From contig JBFMAY010000010.1 of the NCBI GenBank assembly GCA_040755455.1, forward strand, positions 32,012-96,011: a stretch of 64,000 bases of DNA. The letters run 5' to 3'. Made by a program: the position numbers and the translations under genes. Within the stretch, counting starts at the first letter, position 1; each line of letters opens with the position of its first letter. Below are positions 30,245 to 41,484 of this stretch, in pieces. The notes under the pieces were generated by a model that ran no database searches, had not been told where the DNA came from, and saw only the letters and a program-made list of their open reading frames with translations. This DNA is from Thermodesulfobacteriota bacterium (lineage in GTDB: Bacteria; Desulfobacterota; Desulfobulbia; Desulfobulbales; SURF-16).

Positions 30245-30544
30245 TTAAAGGATGATCTGATCGATCGGCCCCTGATAGATGACTGGCGTAATGCCGCGAC
30301 TTGCCACCGCCCTTTCCGCAGCCCTACTGATTCTCGCCATATACACCTTCTGGCAGTCCTGGATAATATCGGCGATCCAGTCACACATGTCCCGATCAAA
30401 GTAATCGACCAAAAGGGGCTCAGAAACCCTTTCTCCAACTAATTGCAAGCCGTTCCTGGTCTGCTCGTAGATCAAGAATCTCCTTGCCGTGCCAAAACGC
30501 TCGTTCACCACTTTTTTATCACTCGACACAATGGCTATCCGCAT
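30245..30544 (-). CDS. NifB/NifX (dinitrogenase FeMo-cofactor biosynthesis) family protein
   Basis: MRIAIVS.D...VNERFG.A..F.IY, IQDCQKV, GITP; strong GGAGG RBS. Confidence 0.75.
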   Translation of the reverse strand: MRIAIVSSDKKVVNERFGTARRFLIYEQTRNGLQLVGERVSEPLLVDYFDRDMCDWIADIIQDCQKVYMARISRAAERAVASRGITPVIYQGPIDQIIL

Positions 30545-30628
30545 ATCTCCTCCTTTATCCAGAGAGTTGACCGCCTAGGGCTAGGGACTGAAAATTCCCT
30601 TCCACATGGCATTGCTGCCAATGTTAAA

Positions 30629-30644
30629 TACAAGTTATATGCCA
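30629..30644 (-). promoter_or_regulatory. Possible sigma54 promoter of the NifX-family gene
   Basis: Minus strand TGGCATATAACTTGTA (GT instead of GC at -12). Confidence 0.45.
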
Positions 30645-30921
30645 CCTGCAGCCTTTTCCTCCCGCATGTCCACAACCAACCGTTTTCTCTTTAATAAAGT
30701 CGGATAGGCATCTGTACCCGTTACCGGAACAAATCAATTTTTTTCTACCCCAGATCTGTTGCATAATTCAATTTTTTGAACTTTTGCGCTTGACCGCCAC
30801 TCGTATTGATAATAATGTTTTTTCATATTTCGACTTGGGTAAATTTTTCTCTGGGATCGCTCCCCCGGCAATGACAAAATGATCACCAGACAACAGCGAG
30901 GGAAGACAATTGACAAACAAC

Positions 30922-31521
30922 ATGAATATCCCCGATGGTTATGTAAAAAAAGAAACTATGTGGCTTGTTGTATTGGCAGCGCTAGCTTTCGGTTTTCTGG
31001 CAGGAATTGTTTTCAGTGTTTACAAATCCGGCCCGGCCCCAGCCCCGGTCACCCAGCAGGCTGGCCAGCCGCAAAGTCAGACTCCGCCAGCTGACGCCAA
31101 GATGACCCAGACCATACTGGCCCTGGAAAAAGAGGTGATTGCCCATCCGGACAACATTGAAGCTTGGACCCAGCTGGGCAATCACTATTTTGACAGCGAC
31201 AATCCCGGCAAGGCCATTGAGGCCTACAACAAATCACTTGCTTTAAGTCCAAATAATGCCGACGTGCTGACCGACCTGGGCGTCATGTATCGCCGCAATG
31301 GCAGCCCCAACGAGGCGATTGCCGCCTTCGACCGGGCCATAGCGGTTGACACAAATCATGCCACCGCCCGGTTTAACCGCGGCATCGTCCAGCTCTATGA
31401 CCTGAAAGACCGTGACGGAGCACTCCAGACATGGGAGGAGCTGGTGAAACTTCACCCGGACGCCAAGGCCCCCAATGGCCAGCTCGTCTCGGAAATCATC
31501 ACAACGGTCAAAGCGCAGTAA
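30922..31521 (+). CDS. Membrane-anchored tetratricopeptide repeat protein
   Basis: N-terminal TM, TPRs (AWTQLGNHY, VLTDLGVMY, ARFNRG). Confidence 0.85.
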   Translation: MNIPDGYVKKETMWLVVLAALAFGFLAGIVFSVYKSGPAPAPVTQQAGQPQSQTPPADAKMTQTILALEKEVIAHPDNIEAWTQLGNHYFDSDNPGKAIEAYNKSLALSPNNADVLTDLGVMYRRNGSPNEAIAAFDRAIAVDTNHATARFNRGIVQLYDLKDRDGALQTWEELVKLHPDAKAPNGQLVSEIITTVKAQ

Positions 31522-31546
31522 CCCTCCCTGTTAAGACCTCCTTTTC

Positions 31547-31577
31547 AAACCAGAGCAGCAGAGCTGCTCTGGTTTTC
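31547..31577 (+). terminator. Intrinsic terminator
   Basis: AAACCAGAGCAGC-AGA-GCTGCTCTGGTTTT. Confidence 0.8.
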
Positions 31578-31753
31578 CCCACTCTTAAAAAAGTTTCCTA
31601 AACAGCCTGTTATTGCTATAGTAAAACATCGGGTAAGTGGCCAGCGTGGTCATTTTTCCGGCGAGGTGCCGCTCATGCCGGAATTTTGCTTCACCTCAAC
31701 ACATGACTATTCATGCACATTGTATTTCTTAATCAAACTACTGCGCCGAAGCT

Positions 31754-33793
31754 GTGAAATCACCTCGCCAATACCCGCTTTCATCACTTTTTGTCCTTGT
31801 GGCAGTCATGCTGACCGGCGCTTTTCTGCTGATGTCCACCCATTTCTATTTCCATCATCTTTTGACAAAGCTTGAAAAAACCGTTGCCAACGAAAGGGCA
31901 AGACGGATCATCGTGGAGCAGATTGTCAGCGATCTGCAACAGGCAAGTGCCCAGTTTTACCAGATGCTTGCCGAGATGCGGCAGGAAAAACGAAAGATTA
32001 CCCAGCACCTCATCCAGCAGGAACTTCGCGATATCCGCACCGCCCTCAAGGTCATTGAGAATGGCGGTGTTTTTCACAAGGCTATCCACATGCATTCTTC
32101 TCAGGAAGACGAACTGATTGACGAAATTCCCTATGCAAAGACCGGCAAGGAAAGATATCTGATCGAGTTGCTGGAGATCAATCCCCTGCTTGCTGAAATT
32201 GAAGAGAAAGTGGCGATACTGGAAAATCTGCTGCTCAGACGTGACAGTTTTCAGGAGTCCGCCCAGCAAAACGGGGGCCTGCTGCAGATAAGGCAAGAAC
32301 TCCTTCTATTTTTGAAAAATACCGAACCCCTTTTCAACAGAATAAGCGAAGCGGGCAACGGCATCTATTTTATCAACACAAAACGACTGCATGAACTAGA
32401 TAAGCAGGGAAAAACCCTCGCCAAGAAGTATCAGCTCATTGAGTTAACAATTTTTATTGCCATTTTTACCATCACCTTCTCTTTGTTTTTTGTGCTGGCC
32501 CGGAAGATTCTCACCATCAACCGAGAGTTACAACAGGAAATTCTTGAAAAGGAACGGGCGGAAGATCTCATCAGCCGGGCGAAACAGGAGTGGGAACGGA
32601 CATTTGATGCTGTGCCGGACCCCATCGTCCTGCTCGACAAAGACCATCGCATAATCCGGCTCAACAAAGCCATGGCCGCGCTGGTGGGCAGACCGGTGGA
32701 GCAATGTGTCGGCTTAAAATGTCATCAGGTCATGCACGGGTCTGACAGTCCCCCACCGTATTGCCCCCATTCCCTGCTGCTCAATGATCACCGGGAACAC
32801 AAAACTGTTCAGTTCATGAATCTTTTCGGTATTTTTTTTGAAATTTCCGTTTCCCCCCTGTTCAACCGCGATGGTGAGCTGTGCGGCTCTGTTCATATAG
32901 CCCGCGATATCACCGACCAAAAACAGGCTGAAAATGCCCTGCATAAAGCCAATGAGGAACTGGAGCAGAAGGTTGAGCAGAGAACGATCGTCCTGAAACG
33001 ATTCATCGATGAACTGCAGTATGAAATATCGAGCCGCATCAAGGCTGAGGAGGCCCTATTCCAGACCCAGCACCAGTTGCTGCACGCCGAAAAACTCAGC
33101 GCCATCGGCAAACTTTCCGCCTCCATCGCCCATGAGTTCAACAATCCTCTTTTTGCCATTATCAACATTCTCATCGGCGTGCAGCAGAACGAGACCCTTT
33201 CCCCGCAAAATGAAAGGATGCTTGAGCTGGCCATCCAGGAATGCGACAGGATGAAGATGCTGATTCAGAACCTGCGGGATTTTAACCGCCCCTCCACCGG
33301 CATCCACGTGGCCACGGATATTCACCAGACCATTGACAACATGCTGCTGTTGTGCAAAAAAGAATTCAACGACCGAAAAATCATTGTTGAAAAAAAATTC
33401 ACCGCCAACATGCCGGCGATCCTGGTGGTCAAAGACCAGATCTGCCAGGTGCTGCTCAATCTCTTGACCAATGCCCGGGATGCCTGCAAAAACGGCGGAA
33501 CCATCAAGATCAGCACCGAGCTGCTGGAGGACAAGCGGATTGCCATCAGCGTGGAAGACAGCGGCTGCGGTATTGAACCGGATCTTCTTAACAAGATATT
33601 CAAACCCTTTTTCACCACCAAGCAGGAACTTGCCGGCACCGGCCTGGGTCTTGCCGTCTCATTGGGCATTATCGAAAAACATGGAGGAACGATCTCGGTG
33701 GATTCCCAACTGCGGAAGGGCAGCGTCTTTACCATTACCCTGCCGATCATGCCTGAAAATGATGATCTGAGCGCATACAGCATTCTTATCTAA
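31754..33793 (+). CDS. PAS-domain sensor histidine kinase (NtrB-like H-box)
   Basis: Two TMs, PAS (WERTFDAVPD...RDIT), IAHEFNNPL, NLLTNARDA, PFFTTK, GTGLGL. Confidence 0.92.
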   Translation: MKSPRQYPLSSLFVLVAVMLTGAFLLMSTHFYFHHLLTKLEKTVANERARRIIVEQIVSDLQQASAQFYQMLAEMRQEKRKITQHLIQQELRDIRTALKVIENGGVFHKAIHMHSSQEDELIDEIPYAKTGKERYLIELLEINPLLAEIEEKVAILENLLLRRDSFQESAQQNGGLLQIRQELLLFLKNTEPLFNRISEAGNGIYFINTKRLHELDKQGKTLAKKYQLIELTIFIAIFTITFSLFFVLARKILTINRELQQEILEKERAEDLISRAKQEWERTFDAVPDPIVLLDKDHRIIRLNKAMAALVGRPVEQCVGLKCHQVMHGSDSPPPYCPHSLLLNDHREHKTVQFMNLFGIFFEISVSPLFNRDGELCGSVHIARDITDQKQAENALHKANEELEQKVEQRTIVLKRFIDELQYEISSRIKAEEALFQTQHQLLHAEKLSAIGKLSASIAHEFNNPLFAIINILIGVQQNETLSPQNERMLELAIQECDRMKMLIQNLRDFNRPSTGIHVATDIHQTIDNMLLLCKKEFNDRKIIVEKKFTANMPAILVVKDQICQVLLNLLTNARDACKNGGTIKISTELLEDKRIAISVEDSGCGIEPDLLNKIFKPFFTTKQELAGTGLGLAVSLGIIEKHGGTISVDSQLRKGSVFTITLPIMPENDDLSAYSILI

Positions 33794-33870
33794 GGAGCAG
33801 ACCCTGCCAAGGATGCCGTCTGCACAGCAGGAACTGCCGCCAGATAAGGGGATGCGACCGCTTGGCAGGT

Positions 33871-34653
33871 TCAAAAGAAAAGCGTCACGGCAAGCCAGCC
33901 CAAGGCCTCGCCGAATTCGCAGCTCGCGCCCAGCACATCGCCTGTAACCCCGCCCAGCAGTTCATGGGCACGATAACGCAGCCACAATGACGGCAGCATG
34001 GTGATGTAAAACAACGCGGCGACACCTATGAATAGGCTGGTCTGGGAACTGTACGCTGCCAGAACCGGCAGCAGAAACAAAAAACCGATGAAGATCTCCT
34101 GCACCGTGATTTGCCCGACAAACATCCGCCCTGTCCCATTTTGGCGGGGATAACGGCTTTTCCAGGCCAGGGTCATCATGGCCCAACGAGAAACTGCCGG
34201 CACAAAGGCAAGGCAGACGAAAAGAACAAAGGTGGAAGAATCATTCCATGTCTGCACCAGTGAGAGCAGCGAAGAAAGAGCGGCTGTTTTTAACAGCAGT
34301 ACCAGGACAATACCCACCACCCCGAAGGCTCCAGTGGCTGAATCCTTCATGATGGCCAGCCTTTTTTCCGCCTCATAGCTGCCGCCCATGCCGTCAAACA
34401 GGTCCGCCACCCCATCAAGATGCAGCCCCCTGGTCAACCAGGCTTCAAAGGCCACGAGCAGCACCGCGGCGGCAAAAGGCGCAAGCCCGGCAGCCAGCAT
34501 CAGCCAGCCGCAGCCAGCCAAGGCAACCCCAATAATCCAGCCGGCCAGCGGAAAGAATGCCCCGCTTCTTGTCAGGGCTTCCTGGGAAACTTCCGTGGTT
34601 TTGACCGGAATAATGGTCAAAAAAGATATGGCAACCGCAATGGCGCGCAGCAT
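33871..34653 (-). CDS. cobS: Adenosylcobinamide-GDP ribazoletransferase (cobamide synthase)
   Basis: FLTIIP, GLHLDGVAD..DG, IMKDS..GAFG, GGVTGDVLGA. Confidence 0.95.
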   Translation of the reverse strand: MLRAIAVAISFLTIIPVKTTEVSQEALTRSGAFFPLAGWIIGVALAGCGWLMLAAGLAPFAAAVLLVAFEAWLTRGLHLDGVADLFDGMGGSYEAEKRLAIMKDSATGAFGVVGIVLVLLLKTAALSSLLSLVQTWNDSSTFVLFVCLAFVPAVSRWAMMTLAWKSRYPRQNGTGRMFVGQITVQEIFIGFLFLLPVLAAYSSQTSLFIGVAALFYITMLPSLWLRYRAHELLGGVTGDVLGASCEFGEALGWLAVTLFF

Positions 34654-34683
34654 GTTCTTGTTCCTTGTCCCCCTTACAGCTTA

Positions 34684-35745
34684 TCAGACGCTCACGCCGG
34701 CCTCGGCAAACGTGGCCATCTCGTTGATAATTTTCACCCCGGCCTCGATGATGCCCATGGCAAGGGCCGCCCCTGTCCCTTCACCAAGCCGCATATCCAG
34801 CTTGAGGATGGGTGTAAGGCCAAGTTTTTCAAAGAAAATGCGGTGTCCCTGTTCAGCCGACATATGACTGAAAAAACAATAGTCAGCCACATTTTCCGCA
34901 AGCTGCAGCGCCACCAGCGCCCCGGCACTGGAAATAAAGCCGTCCACCACCACCGCCACCCGGCTGCGGGCGCACTCGAGGATCATGCCGCAGATGGCGG
35001 CAATCTCAAGCCCGCCCAAGGCGGCCAGGGTGGCCAGCGGTCCCTGGAGATGCCCTTGGTTTATCGCAAGTGCTCGCTTGATCACCTCGATTTTATGATG
35101 GAGAGTGGCGTCATCGATGCCGGTGCCCCTGCCGGTAATTTCTTCCACACGCACAGTAAGCAGGGCGGCAAAGAGGGCTGCCGCCGGGGTGGTGTTGGCG
35201 ATCCCCATCTCACCGGTTCCCAGGATCCTTGCCCCATTATTGATGGCCTCTCTGGCGGTTTCCACCCCGACAGCTATGGCCTGCAACGCTTCATCAATTG
35301 TCATGGCCGGACCTTTGGCCAAGTTCGCCGTGCCGGCCCGCACCTTGCGGGCGATCAGACCATCACCGTTGATTTCCCCGGCCACGCCGACATCGATGAC
35401 CCACACCTCTGCCCCGGCATGGCGCGCCAGCACATTTACCCCGGCACCCCCCCGCAGAAAATTATAGACCATCTGCCGGGTCACATCCTGGGGCACGCTG
35501 CTCACCCCCTCCGCCGCCACGCCATGATCGGCGGCAAAGGTCAGTATGACCTTGCGGCCAAGATCCGGCCGGGTATTGCCCTGGATACCGCATATCCGCC
35601 TGGCCAGCACCTCGAGCTCACCCAGGCTCCCCCGGGGCTTGGTCAGATTGTCGAGGCGGGCCTGGGCCTGCTCCATCACCACCCGGTTTACCGGCTGAAT
35701 CTCCTTTAACAACGCGGCCAAATCATCCCTGCTCGTCAATGCCAT
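34684..35745 (-). CDS. cobT: Nicotinate-nucleotide-dimethylbenzimidazole phosphoribosyltransferase
   Basis: [41 protein letters not shown]. Confidence 0.96.
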   Translation of the reverse strand: MALTSRDDLAALLKEIQPVNRVVMEQAQARLDNLTKPRGSLGELEVLARRICGIQGNTRPDLGRKVILTFAADHGVAAEGVSSVPQDVTRQMVYNFLRGGAGVNVLARHAGAEVWVIDVGVAGEINGDGLIARKVRAGTANLAKGPAMTIDEALQAIAVGVETAREAINNGARILGTGEMGIANTTPAAALFAALLTVRVEEITGRGTGIDDATLHHKIEVIKRALAINQGHLQGPLATLAALGGLEIAAICGMILECARSRVAVVVDGFISSAGALVALQLAENVADYCFFSHMSAEQGHRIFFEKLGLTPILKLDMRLGEGTGAALAMGIIEAGVKIINEMATFAEAGVSV

Positions 35746-35753
35746 AGCCCTCT

Positions 35754-36548
35754 TTACCCCTTCTGCTGTTGATAGTGAAGCCAGATTTCGTCAATATGTT
35801 GCAAGGAGGCCTGCAGATCATCGCTGCGGTAAACCTCCAGGGTTACCACCCCACAATAGGGCACGGCATGCAAAACATCACCAAGCCGGGCGGTGCATGC
35901 CTGCTCCCCCGGCCCCAGGGCCCGGTGGTCCTTGCCGTCTCTAAACCCATGATAATGGATATGGCCGGCCCGGGGGATATCGGCAAAAAGCGCGTCCAGT
36001 TCCTCGCCCCGGGAAAGACCATGGCCGATATCAACGCACAGGGCAAAACCATGCGCCAGCACCAGTGGCCGTACCTCATTGAAGGGGTAGTCAATATTCT
36101 CTACGGCCACCGCCGCCCTCTCCCGACCAAGTTCTTTTTTGAGCCTGCCGAGGAAATCATCGATATTGGCAAGCCCGCGGTCCAGGGCAAGCTCCGGCGA
36201 CAACGCAAGGTGCAGATCATAGCAGAGCGGGTGGAGGGGGGCAAGCTCCGCCAGCAAGCGGACAATTTCAGCCACCCCCTGCTGCCTGATGACCTCACTG
36301 CTGCTGCCGGGCTGAATATCCGTGGGGAGATGAACGGTATAACTGAGATCATGTTCCTGGCTCAGTCCCTCCAACAGCTTGACGTCAATTTTCTGCGGCA
36401 GACGGCTGTGCCGGAACGATTCAAAAAAAAGGAGCTGGATATCATCGACCCGGTCGGCCAGGTATCGGACATTTTCCTCAATCCCGGCGGGAATAACAAA
36501 AGAAGTGGCACCAACCCTCCAGAGGTATCGACCTTTAATCCTTACCAT
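35754..36548 (-). CDS. cbiR: Cobamide-remodelling phosphodiesterase (AP endonuclease 2/TIM barrel)
   Basis: GATSFV.P, LLFFES, YTVHLP.D, VENID, CVDIGH, IHYHG, DH, VTLEV; adjacent to cobT-cobS. Confidence 0.8.
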   Translation of the reverse strand: MVRIKGRYLWRVGATSFVIPAGIEENVRYLADRVDDIQLLFFESFRHSRLPQKIDVKLLEGLSQEHDLSYTVHLPTDIQPGSSSEVIRQQGVAEIVRLLAELAPLHPLCYDLHLALSPELALDRGLANIDDFLGRLKKELGRERAAVAVENIDYPFNEVRPLVLAHGFALCVDIGHGLSRGEELDALFADIPRAGHIHYHGFRDGKDHRALGPGEQACTARLGDVLHAVPYCGVVTLEVYRSDDLQASLQHIDEIWLHYQQQKG

Positions 36549-37338
36549 CTACGGCACAGTCCGATAAGGTGACCAACTCACCAACCCTGTCCTGCCAGGC
36601 CAGCGAGAGACCGGTCATCGCCTCTGTCCCTGATTGCAGGGCACCGGCAACCGTTGCATAGGCCAGGTCAGGATCATTATTGGTCTCGCTGATATGGGCA
36701 AGGACGACATGCTGCAGCCCGTCATGCAGGAGCTCTGCGACAAAGCGGGCTGCGTCCCCATTGGCCAGATGACCCTGGCTGGAACGAACCCGCTGCTGCA
36801 GGTGCAGGGGATAGGGCCCGCTTTTCAGCATGTCGGGATCGTGGTTGCATTCGATAATCAACCCGTTGCAGCCTGCCAGCCGGTGCTGGATCAGCCGTGA
36901 TACCATGCCGGTGTCGGTGCAGTAACCGAGTGCGCAGGAGCCTGTGTCAATGACAAAACCCACGGGATCAAGACAATCATGGCATACGGCAAAGGGATGA
37001 ATGTGGAAATGATGGAGATAAAAGCTTGCGCCGGTGAGAAATTCATGAATGGCAGGAACAGCACCAAGCACTTTTGCGGCCGCGGCAAGGGTGCCTTTGT
37101 TGGCATAGATCGGCAGGTTGTATTTGCGGGCCAGCACAGCCGCCCCTTTGATGTGGTCGCCGTGGGCATGAGTCAGTAAAATGGCATCAAGGGAGGCTGC
37201 CGTCACGCCGATGGCAGCAAGCCTTCTCTCGATCTCCACCCCGGAGAAACCGCTATCGATGAGAAAGGCCCGACCCTGCGCCGCAACATAGGTCGCATTG
37301 CCCTTACTGCCGCTGCCAAGTACGCAAAACTGCATCAC
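36535..37338 (-). CDS. MBL-fold metallo-hydrolase (YycJ/WalJ-like)
   Basis: LGSGSKGN, THAHGDH, ECNHD, GHL.N, LAHISETNN. Confidence 0.9.
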   Translation of the reverse strand: MMQFCVLGSGSKGNATYVAAQGRAFLIDSGFSGVEIERRLAAIGVTAASLDAILLTHAHGDHIKGAAVLARKYNLPIYANKGTLAAAAKVLGAVPAIHEFLTGASFYLHHFHIHPFAVCHDCLDPVGFVIDTGSCALGYCTDTGMVSRLIQHRLAGCNGLIIECNHDPDMLKSGPYPLHLQQRVRSSQGHLANGDAARFVAELLHDGLQHVVLAHISETNNDPDLAYATVAGALQSGTEAMTGLSLAWQDRVGELVTLSDCAVDGKD

Positions 37339-37387
37339 TCATCCCGTGATCATATGTGGTGCTGGACCCGCTGCAACGACCAGACAA

Positions 37388-37849
37388 TCAGATGCCGGAA
37401 TGGCCGAACCCGCCATCCCCCCGTTTCGTCTCGTCCAGACCGGCTGCCACCAGCACATGGGCCCGGCAGACAGGCGCCAATACCAATTGGGCAATCCGGT
37501 CGCCCCGGTTGATGGTAAATGTTTCCCTGCCGAGATTAATCAACCCCACTTTCACCTCGCCGCGGTAATCCGCGTCAATGGTGCCAGGACTGTTGACCAC
37601 CGTGATGCCATGCCTGATGGCAAGACCGCTGCGGGGTCGGACCTGCAGTTCAAATCCGGGGGGAATGGCCACGGCGAAACCCGTGGGCACTAGACAGATA
37701 TCCCCCGGCGCCAGGTGCAGCGGTTCGCGCACCGCGCAGGCCACATCCATGCCGGCGGCCAGCTCCGAGTGATACGCCGGTAAAGGGAGATCAACGCTTT
37801 GCCCGGGATCGAGCCAGCGCAATGCAAGAGTAATCCGCTGTGGCATCAT
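37388..37849 (-). CDS. dut: dUTP diphosphatase
   Basis: [37 protein letters not shown]. Confidence 0.96.
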   Translation of the reverse strand: MMPQRITLALRWLDPGQSVDLPLPAYHSELAAGMDVACAVREPLHLAPGDICLVPTGFAVAIPPGFELQVRPRSGLAIRHGITVVNSPGTIDADYRGEVKVGLINLGRETFTINRGDRIAQLVLAPVCRAHVLVAAGLDETKRGDGGFGHSGI

Positions 37850-37898
37850 CCTGATATTTCCTGCAATTTCAACAAGATTGACTGCGGGCCCCAATGCG

Positions 37899-39170
37899 TC
37901 ACGAACCGGATCCGCCGTTCAGCAGATTCCACTGCACATCCCTATCTGACAAGGGGCCAAGCACCGCAGTAGTCATGCCTCGATCGAAAAGGCGCCCGGC
38001 CAGCTGCCGCACCTCCTCAGCCTCTACCCTAGTCAGCCCGGCCACTATCTCGTCAAAATCCACATTGCGGCCGAAATAGAGTTCATTTCTGGCGATTCTT
38101 GTCATCCGCATCTCCAGATTGTCGGCAGCGAGAAAAAGACCGGTTCTGGCATAATCCTTGGCATTGGCCAGTTCCGCATCTGCTACAGGATGCTGCCGCA
38201 GTTTATCAAGCTCCTCGCTGATGACGGCCAACGACTCATTGAGGTTGTCTGGATTGACCCCGAGGTAAATGCCCAGGTAGCCGCTGTCGGCATAGGCATC
38301 AAGATAGGAGTGCACCGAGTAGGCCAGCCCCCGCTTTTCCCGTATTTCCTGGAAAAGTCTGGAACTCATGTTGCCGCCCAGCAGAATATTGAGCAGCATC
38401 AACTTGTAGCGTTCCTCGGAGGTGACGGCCATACCATAGGTGCCCATTGTCACATGGGCCTGCTCCAGGGGCTTGGTGAATACCTTGCGGACCAGCGGCA
38501 ATTCATGCGGTTCCCTGCGCTTGCGCCCGGCTCCGTCGTGCCGCTGGAGTGAGGCAAAGGAGGCGGCAAGAAGATCACAGAACTCCTGGTGCTGCACATT
38601 GCCCGCCGCGGCAAAAACGACACGGTCAGGGGTATAGTATGATTTCACATGGTCAAGCAGCTTCTGCCTGTCCATGCGGGAAACAACCTCCAGCGGCCCC
38701 AGGATGGTATTGCCCAGCGGGTGATGGCCCCAGAGCAGCCCTTCAAACAGCTCATGCACCTGCTCTTCAGGGGTGTCTTCCACCATGCTGATTTCCTGCA
38801 TGATAACCTGGCGCTCCCGCTCTATCTCCTCATCGGCAAAGAGAGAGTTGAGGAAAAAATCAGCCAACAGGTCGACAAGACGCGCTAGCTGACTGTCCAG
38901 CACCATCCCGTAAAAACAGGTAGCGTCCTTGCTGGTAAAGGCATTGGACATGCCGCCAAGCACGTCGAGTTCCATGGCGATCTGACTGGCCGAGCGGCTT
39001 GCCGTGCCTTTAAAAAGCATATGTTCGACAAAGTGGGAACAGCCGTTGGTCAGATCATGCTCATCCCGGGCCCCGACATCAACCCAAATACCGACACAGA
39101 CCGTCCTGGCATGGGGTATATGCTCGCTGACCACACGTACCCCATTGGCAAAAACCGTTTTATGATACAT
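37899..39170 (-). CDS. M16 family zinc peptidase
   Basis: HFVEH (HxxEH), [21 protein letters not shown]; typical position after pnp. Confidence 0.93.
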   Translation of the reverse strand: MYHKTVFANGVRVVSEHIPHARTVCVGIWVDVGARDEHDLTNGCSHFVEHMLFKGTASRSASQIAMELDVLGGMSNAFTSKDATCFYGMVLDSQLARLVDLLADFFLNSLFADEEIERERQVIMQEISMVEDTPEEQVHELFEGLLWGHHPLGNTILGPLEVVSRMDRQKLLDHVKSYYTPDRVVFAAAGNVQHQEFCDLLAASFASLQRHDGAGRKRREPHELPLVRKVFTKPLEQAHVTMGTYGMAVTSEERYKLMLLNILLGGNMSSRLFQEIREKRGLAYSVHSYLDAYADSGYLGIYLGVNPDNLNESLAVISEELDKLRQHPVADAELANAKDYARTGLFLAADNLEMRMTRIARNELYFGRNVDFDEIVAGLTRVEAEEVRQLAGRLFDRGMTTAVLGPLSDRDVQWNLLNGGSGS

Positions 39171-39185
39171 TGGCGGCAAAGATTT

Positions 39186-41279
39186 TTAACCAGCCAGTTC
39201 AGCCATGGCCGCCTTGCGGCTGAGGCGGATCTTGCCCCGCTGGTCCACGTTGAGAACCTTGACCATGACCTCGTCACCTTCCTTCAGGATATCCGACACC
39301 TTCTCCACCCGCTTGTCTTCCAGTTCAGAGATATGAACCAGACCGTCGGTTCCGGGCAGAATCTCGACAAAAGCGCCGAAATCGACGATCTTCTGCACTG
39401 TCCCTTTGTAAATCTTGCCGATTTCCACCTCTGCCGTGATCTCATGCACCCGGTCATAGACCTGCTGACCGACAATACCGTCCGGGGCGAAAATCATGAC
39501 CTTACCGGAATCCTCAACATCGATCTTTACCCCGTATTCAGCGGTAATGGCCTTGATCATCTTGCCCCCTGGGCCGATAAGATCGCGGATCTTGTCAGGG
39601 TTAATCTGCATGGAGAAAATCTTCGGCGCATGTTCAGGCAGCGTCGCCCGCGGCTCCTTAATGGCCTCGGCCATCTTCCCCAGAATATGCAAACGTCCGG
39701 CTTTGGCCTGATCCAAGGCCTTGGTCATGATCTCCCGGGATATGCCTTCAATCTTGATATCCATCTGCAGGGCTGTGATGCCGTCAGCCGTGCCGCACAC
39801 CTTGAAATCCATATCGCCGAGATGATCTTCATCACCTAAAATATCGGAGAGTACCGCAATGGTCTCGCCGTCCTTGATCAAGCCCATGGCAACGCCGGAA
39901 ACCGGCTTCTTTATGGGAACGCCCGCATCCATCAGGGAAAGGCAGCCGCCGCACACCGTGGCCATGGAGGAAGAGCCGTTGGACTCCATCACATCGGAGA
40001 CAATGCGGATCGTATAGGGGAAGCTGCCCACATCCGGCAACACCGCCTGGATGGCGCGGGTGGCCAAGGCGCCATGACCGATATCCCTTCTGCTCGGTCC
40101 GCGCATGAAGCGAACCTCGCCGACACAGAAGGGGGGAAAGTTGTAGTGGAGCATGAAGGGCAGATTTTCCATGCCCCCCAGGGTCTCCACCCGCTGCTCA
40201 TCCTCACCGCTGCCCAGGGTGGTGGAAACAAGGGCCTGGGTTTCACCGCGGGTAAACAGGGCGGAACCATGGGCCCGGGGCAGGATGGCGATTTCGCTGC
40301 TGATGTTCCGGATATCCGCAAAACCACGACCGTCAATCCGCTTGCCTTGCTTGACGATCATGTCGCGCATCATGACCTTTTGCAGGTCATGGAGGATTCC
40401 CTTGGCCACACGGTGACTGGCGAAGTTCTCGTCCTTTTCCAGTTCGGCAAGAACCTCCTTCTCCAGTTCCTGGTAAAGATCCCCTCGCTTTATTTTATCG
40501 GCGGTGGTAATCACCTGCTGCATGCCGGCGCTGGCGATCTCGGCGATTTTCTTCTGCAAGGTCTCATCAAGTACCGGCACTTCAACCTTGATCTGCTCGC
40601 GGCCAACCTCCTGGCGCAGGATCTCCTGAATGTCCAGGAGCGGCTGCAGCCCTTGATGTCCGAAATAAATACCGGACAACACCTCCTCCTCGGAGAGGTT
40701 GTCGGCACCGCCCTCGACCATGACCACCGCATTGCGGCTGCCGGCCACAATCAGATCCATCCGGGACTGGGTCAGCTGTTGCTTGGAGGGATTGAGCACG
40801 TACTCTCCATCAATATAGCCGACCCGCACTCCGGCAATCGGGCCGAGGAAGGGAATGTCGGATACGGTCAAGGCGGCGGAGGCGCCTACCATGGCCATAA
40901 TGTCCGGATCATTCTCCTTGTCGGCCGAAAGGACCATGGCAATGATCTGCGTTTCATTGGTATAGCCCGGGGCAAACAACGGGCGCAACGGACGATCAAT
41001 GAAACGGCAGGTCAAGGTTTCCTTCTCCGTAGGCCGGCCGATCTCCCGGCGGAAGTAACTGCCGGGAATTCTCCCCACTGCGTAAAACCGCTCCTGATAC
41101 TCTACAGTGAGCGGGAAGAAATCAATATCAGGCTTTGCCTCTTTGGCCGCAGTGGCCGTGACAAGCACAACGCTGTCCCCATAGGCAACGACAACCGCCC
41201 CATTTGCCTGCTTGGCTATTTTCCCGGTTTCAATGGAAAGTATGCGTCCGCCAATTTCTACTTCAACTTTTTTATACAT
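39186..41279 (-). CDS. pnp: Polyribonucleotide nucleotidyltransferase
   Basis: FFPLTVEY, FTRGETQ, ESNGSSSMA, DMDFKV, KH and S1 domains. Confidence 0.98.
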   Translation of the reverse strand: MYKKVEVEIGGRILSIETGKIAKQANGAVVVAYGDSVVLVTATAAKEAKPDIDFFPLTVEYQERFYAVGRIPGSYFRREIGRPTEKETLTCRFIDRPLRPLFAPGYTNETQIIAMVLSADKENDPDIMAMVGASAALTVSDIPFLGPIAGVRVGYIDGEYVLNPSKQQLTQSRMDLIVAGSRNAVVMVEGGADNLSEEEVLSGIYFGHQGLQPLLDIQEILRQEVGREQIKVEVPVLDETLQKKIAEIASAGMQQVITTADKIKRGDLYQELEKEVLAELEKDENFASHRVAKGILHDLQKVMMRDMIVKQGKRIDGRGFADIRNISSEIAILPRAHGSALFTRGETQALVSTTLGSGEDEQRVETLGGMENLPFMLHYNFPPFCVGEVRFMRGPSRRDIGHGALATRAIQAVLPDVGSFPYTIRIVSDVMESNGSSSMATVCGGCLSLMDAGVPIKKPVSGVAMGLIKDGETIAVLSDILGDEDHLGDMDFKVCGTADGITALQMDIKIEGISREIMTKALDQAKAGRLHILGKMAEAIKEPRATLPEHAPKIFSMQINPDKIRDLIGPGGKMIKAITAEYGVKIDVEDSGKVMIFAPDGIVGQQVYDRVHEITAEVEIGKIYKGTVQKIVDFGAFVEILPGTDGLVHISELEDKRVEKVSDILKEGDEVMVKVLNVDQRGKIRLSRKAAMAELAG

Positions 41280-41291
41280 TCATTCACCTTT

Positions 41292-41442
41292 CGGATTACG
41301 AACTACGACTGAACAATAAAGAGCACGTGCAGCACCCGGCAACGCAAACTCAGATCGCAAGGCAGACAGGACAGCTTGCGTAAGCTTGAGCCAGGGGCCT
41401 GCCGGCACGGCACTTTATTCCTCAGGCCTAATTCGTAACCCG
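41292..41442 (-). promoter_or_regulatory. Long stem-loop in the pnp leader (RNase III-type processing structure)
   Basis: Nested complementary pairs TTACGAA/TTCGTAA, AATAAAG/CTTTATT, CGTGC/GCACG, CGCAAG/CTTGCG. Confidence 0.6.
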
Positions 41443-41451
41443 TTTTTAAAT

Positions 41452-41484
41452 AATAAAAGTCCAGGATTCGTTAGAATCCTGGAC
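41452..41484 (-). terminator. rpsO terminator
   Basis: Minus strand GTCCAGGATTC-TAAC-GAATCCTGGAC-TTTTATT. Confidence 0.8.

Noticed and set aside
30245..30544. Evidence of nitrogen fixation
   Set aside because: NifX-family domains occur in non-diazotrophs, and no nifHDK genes are in the window.
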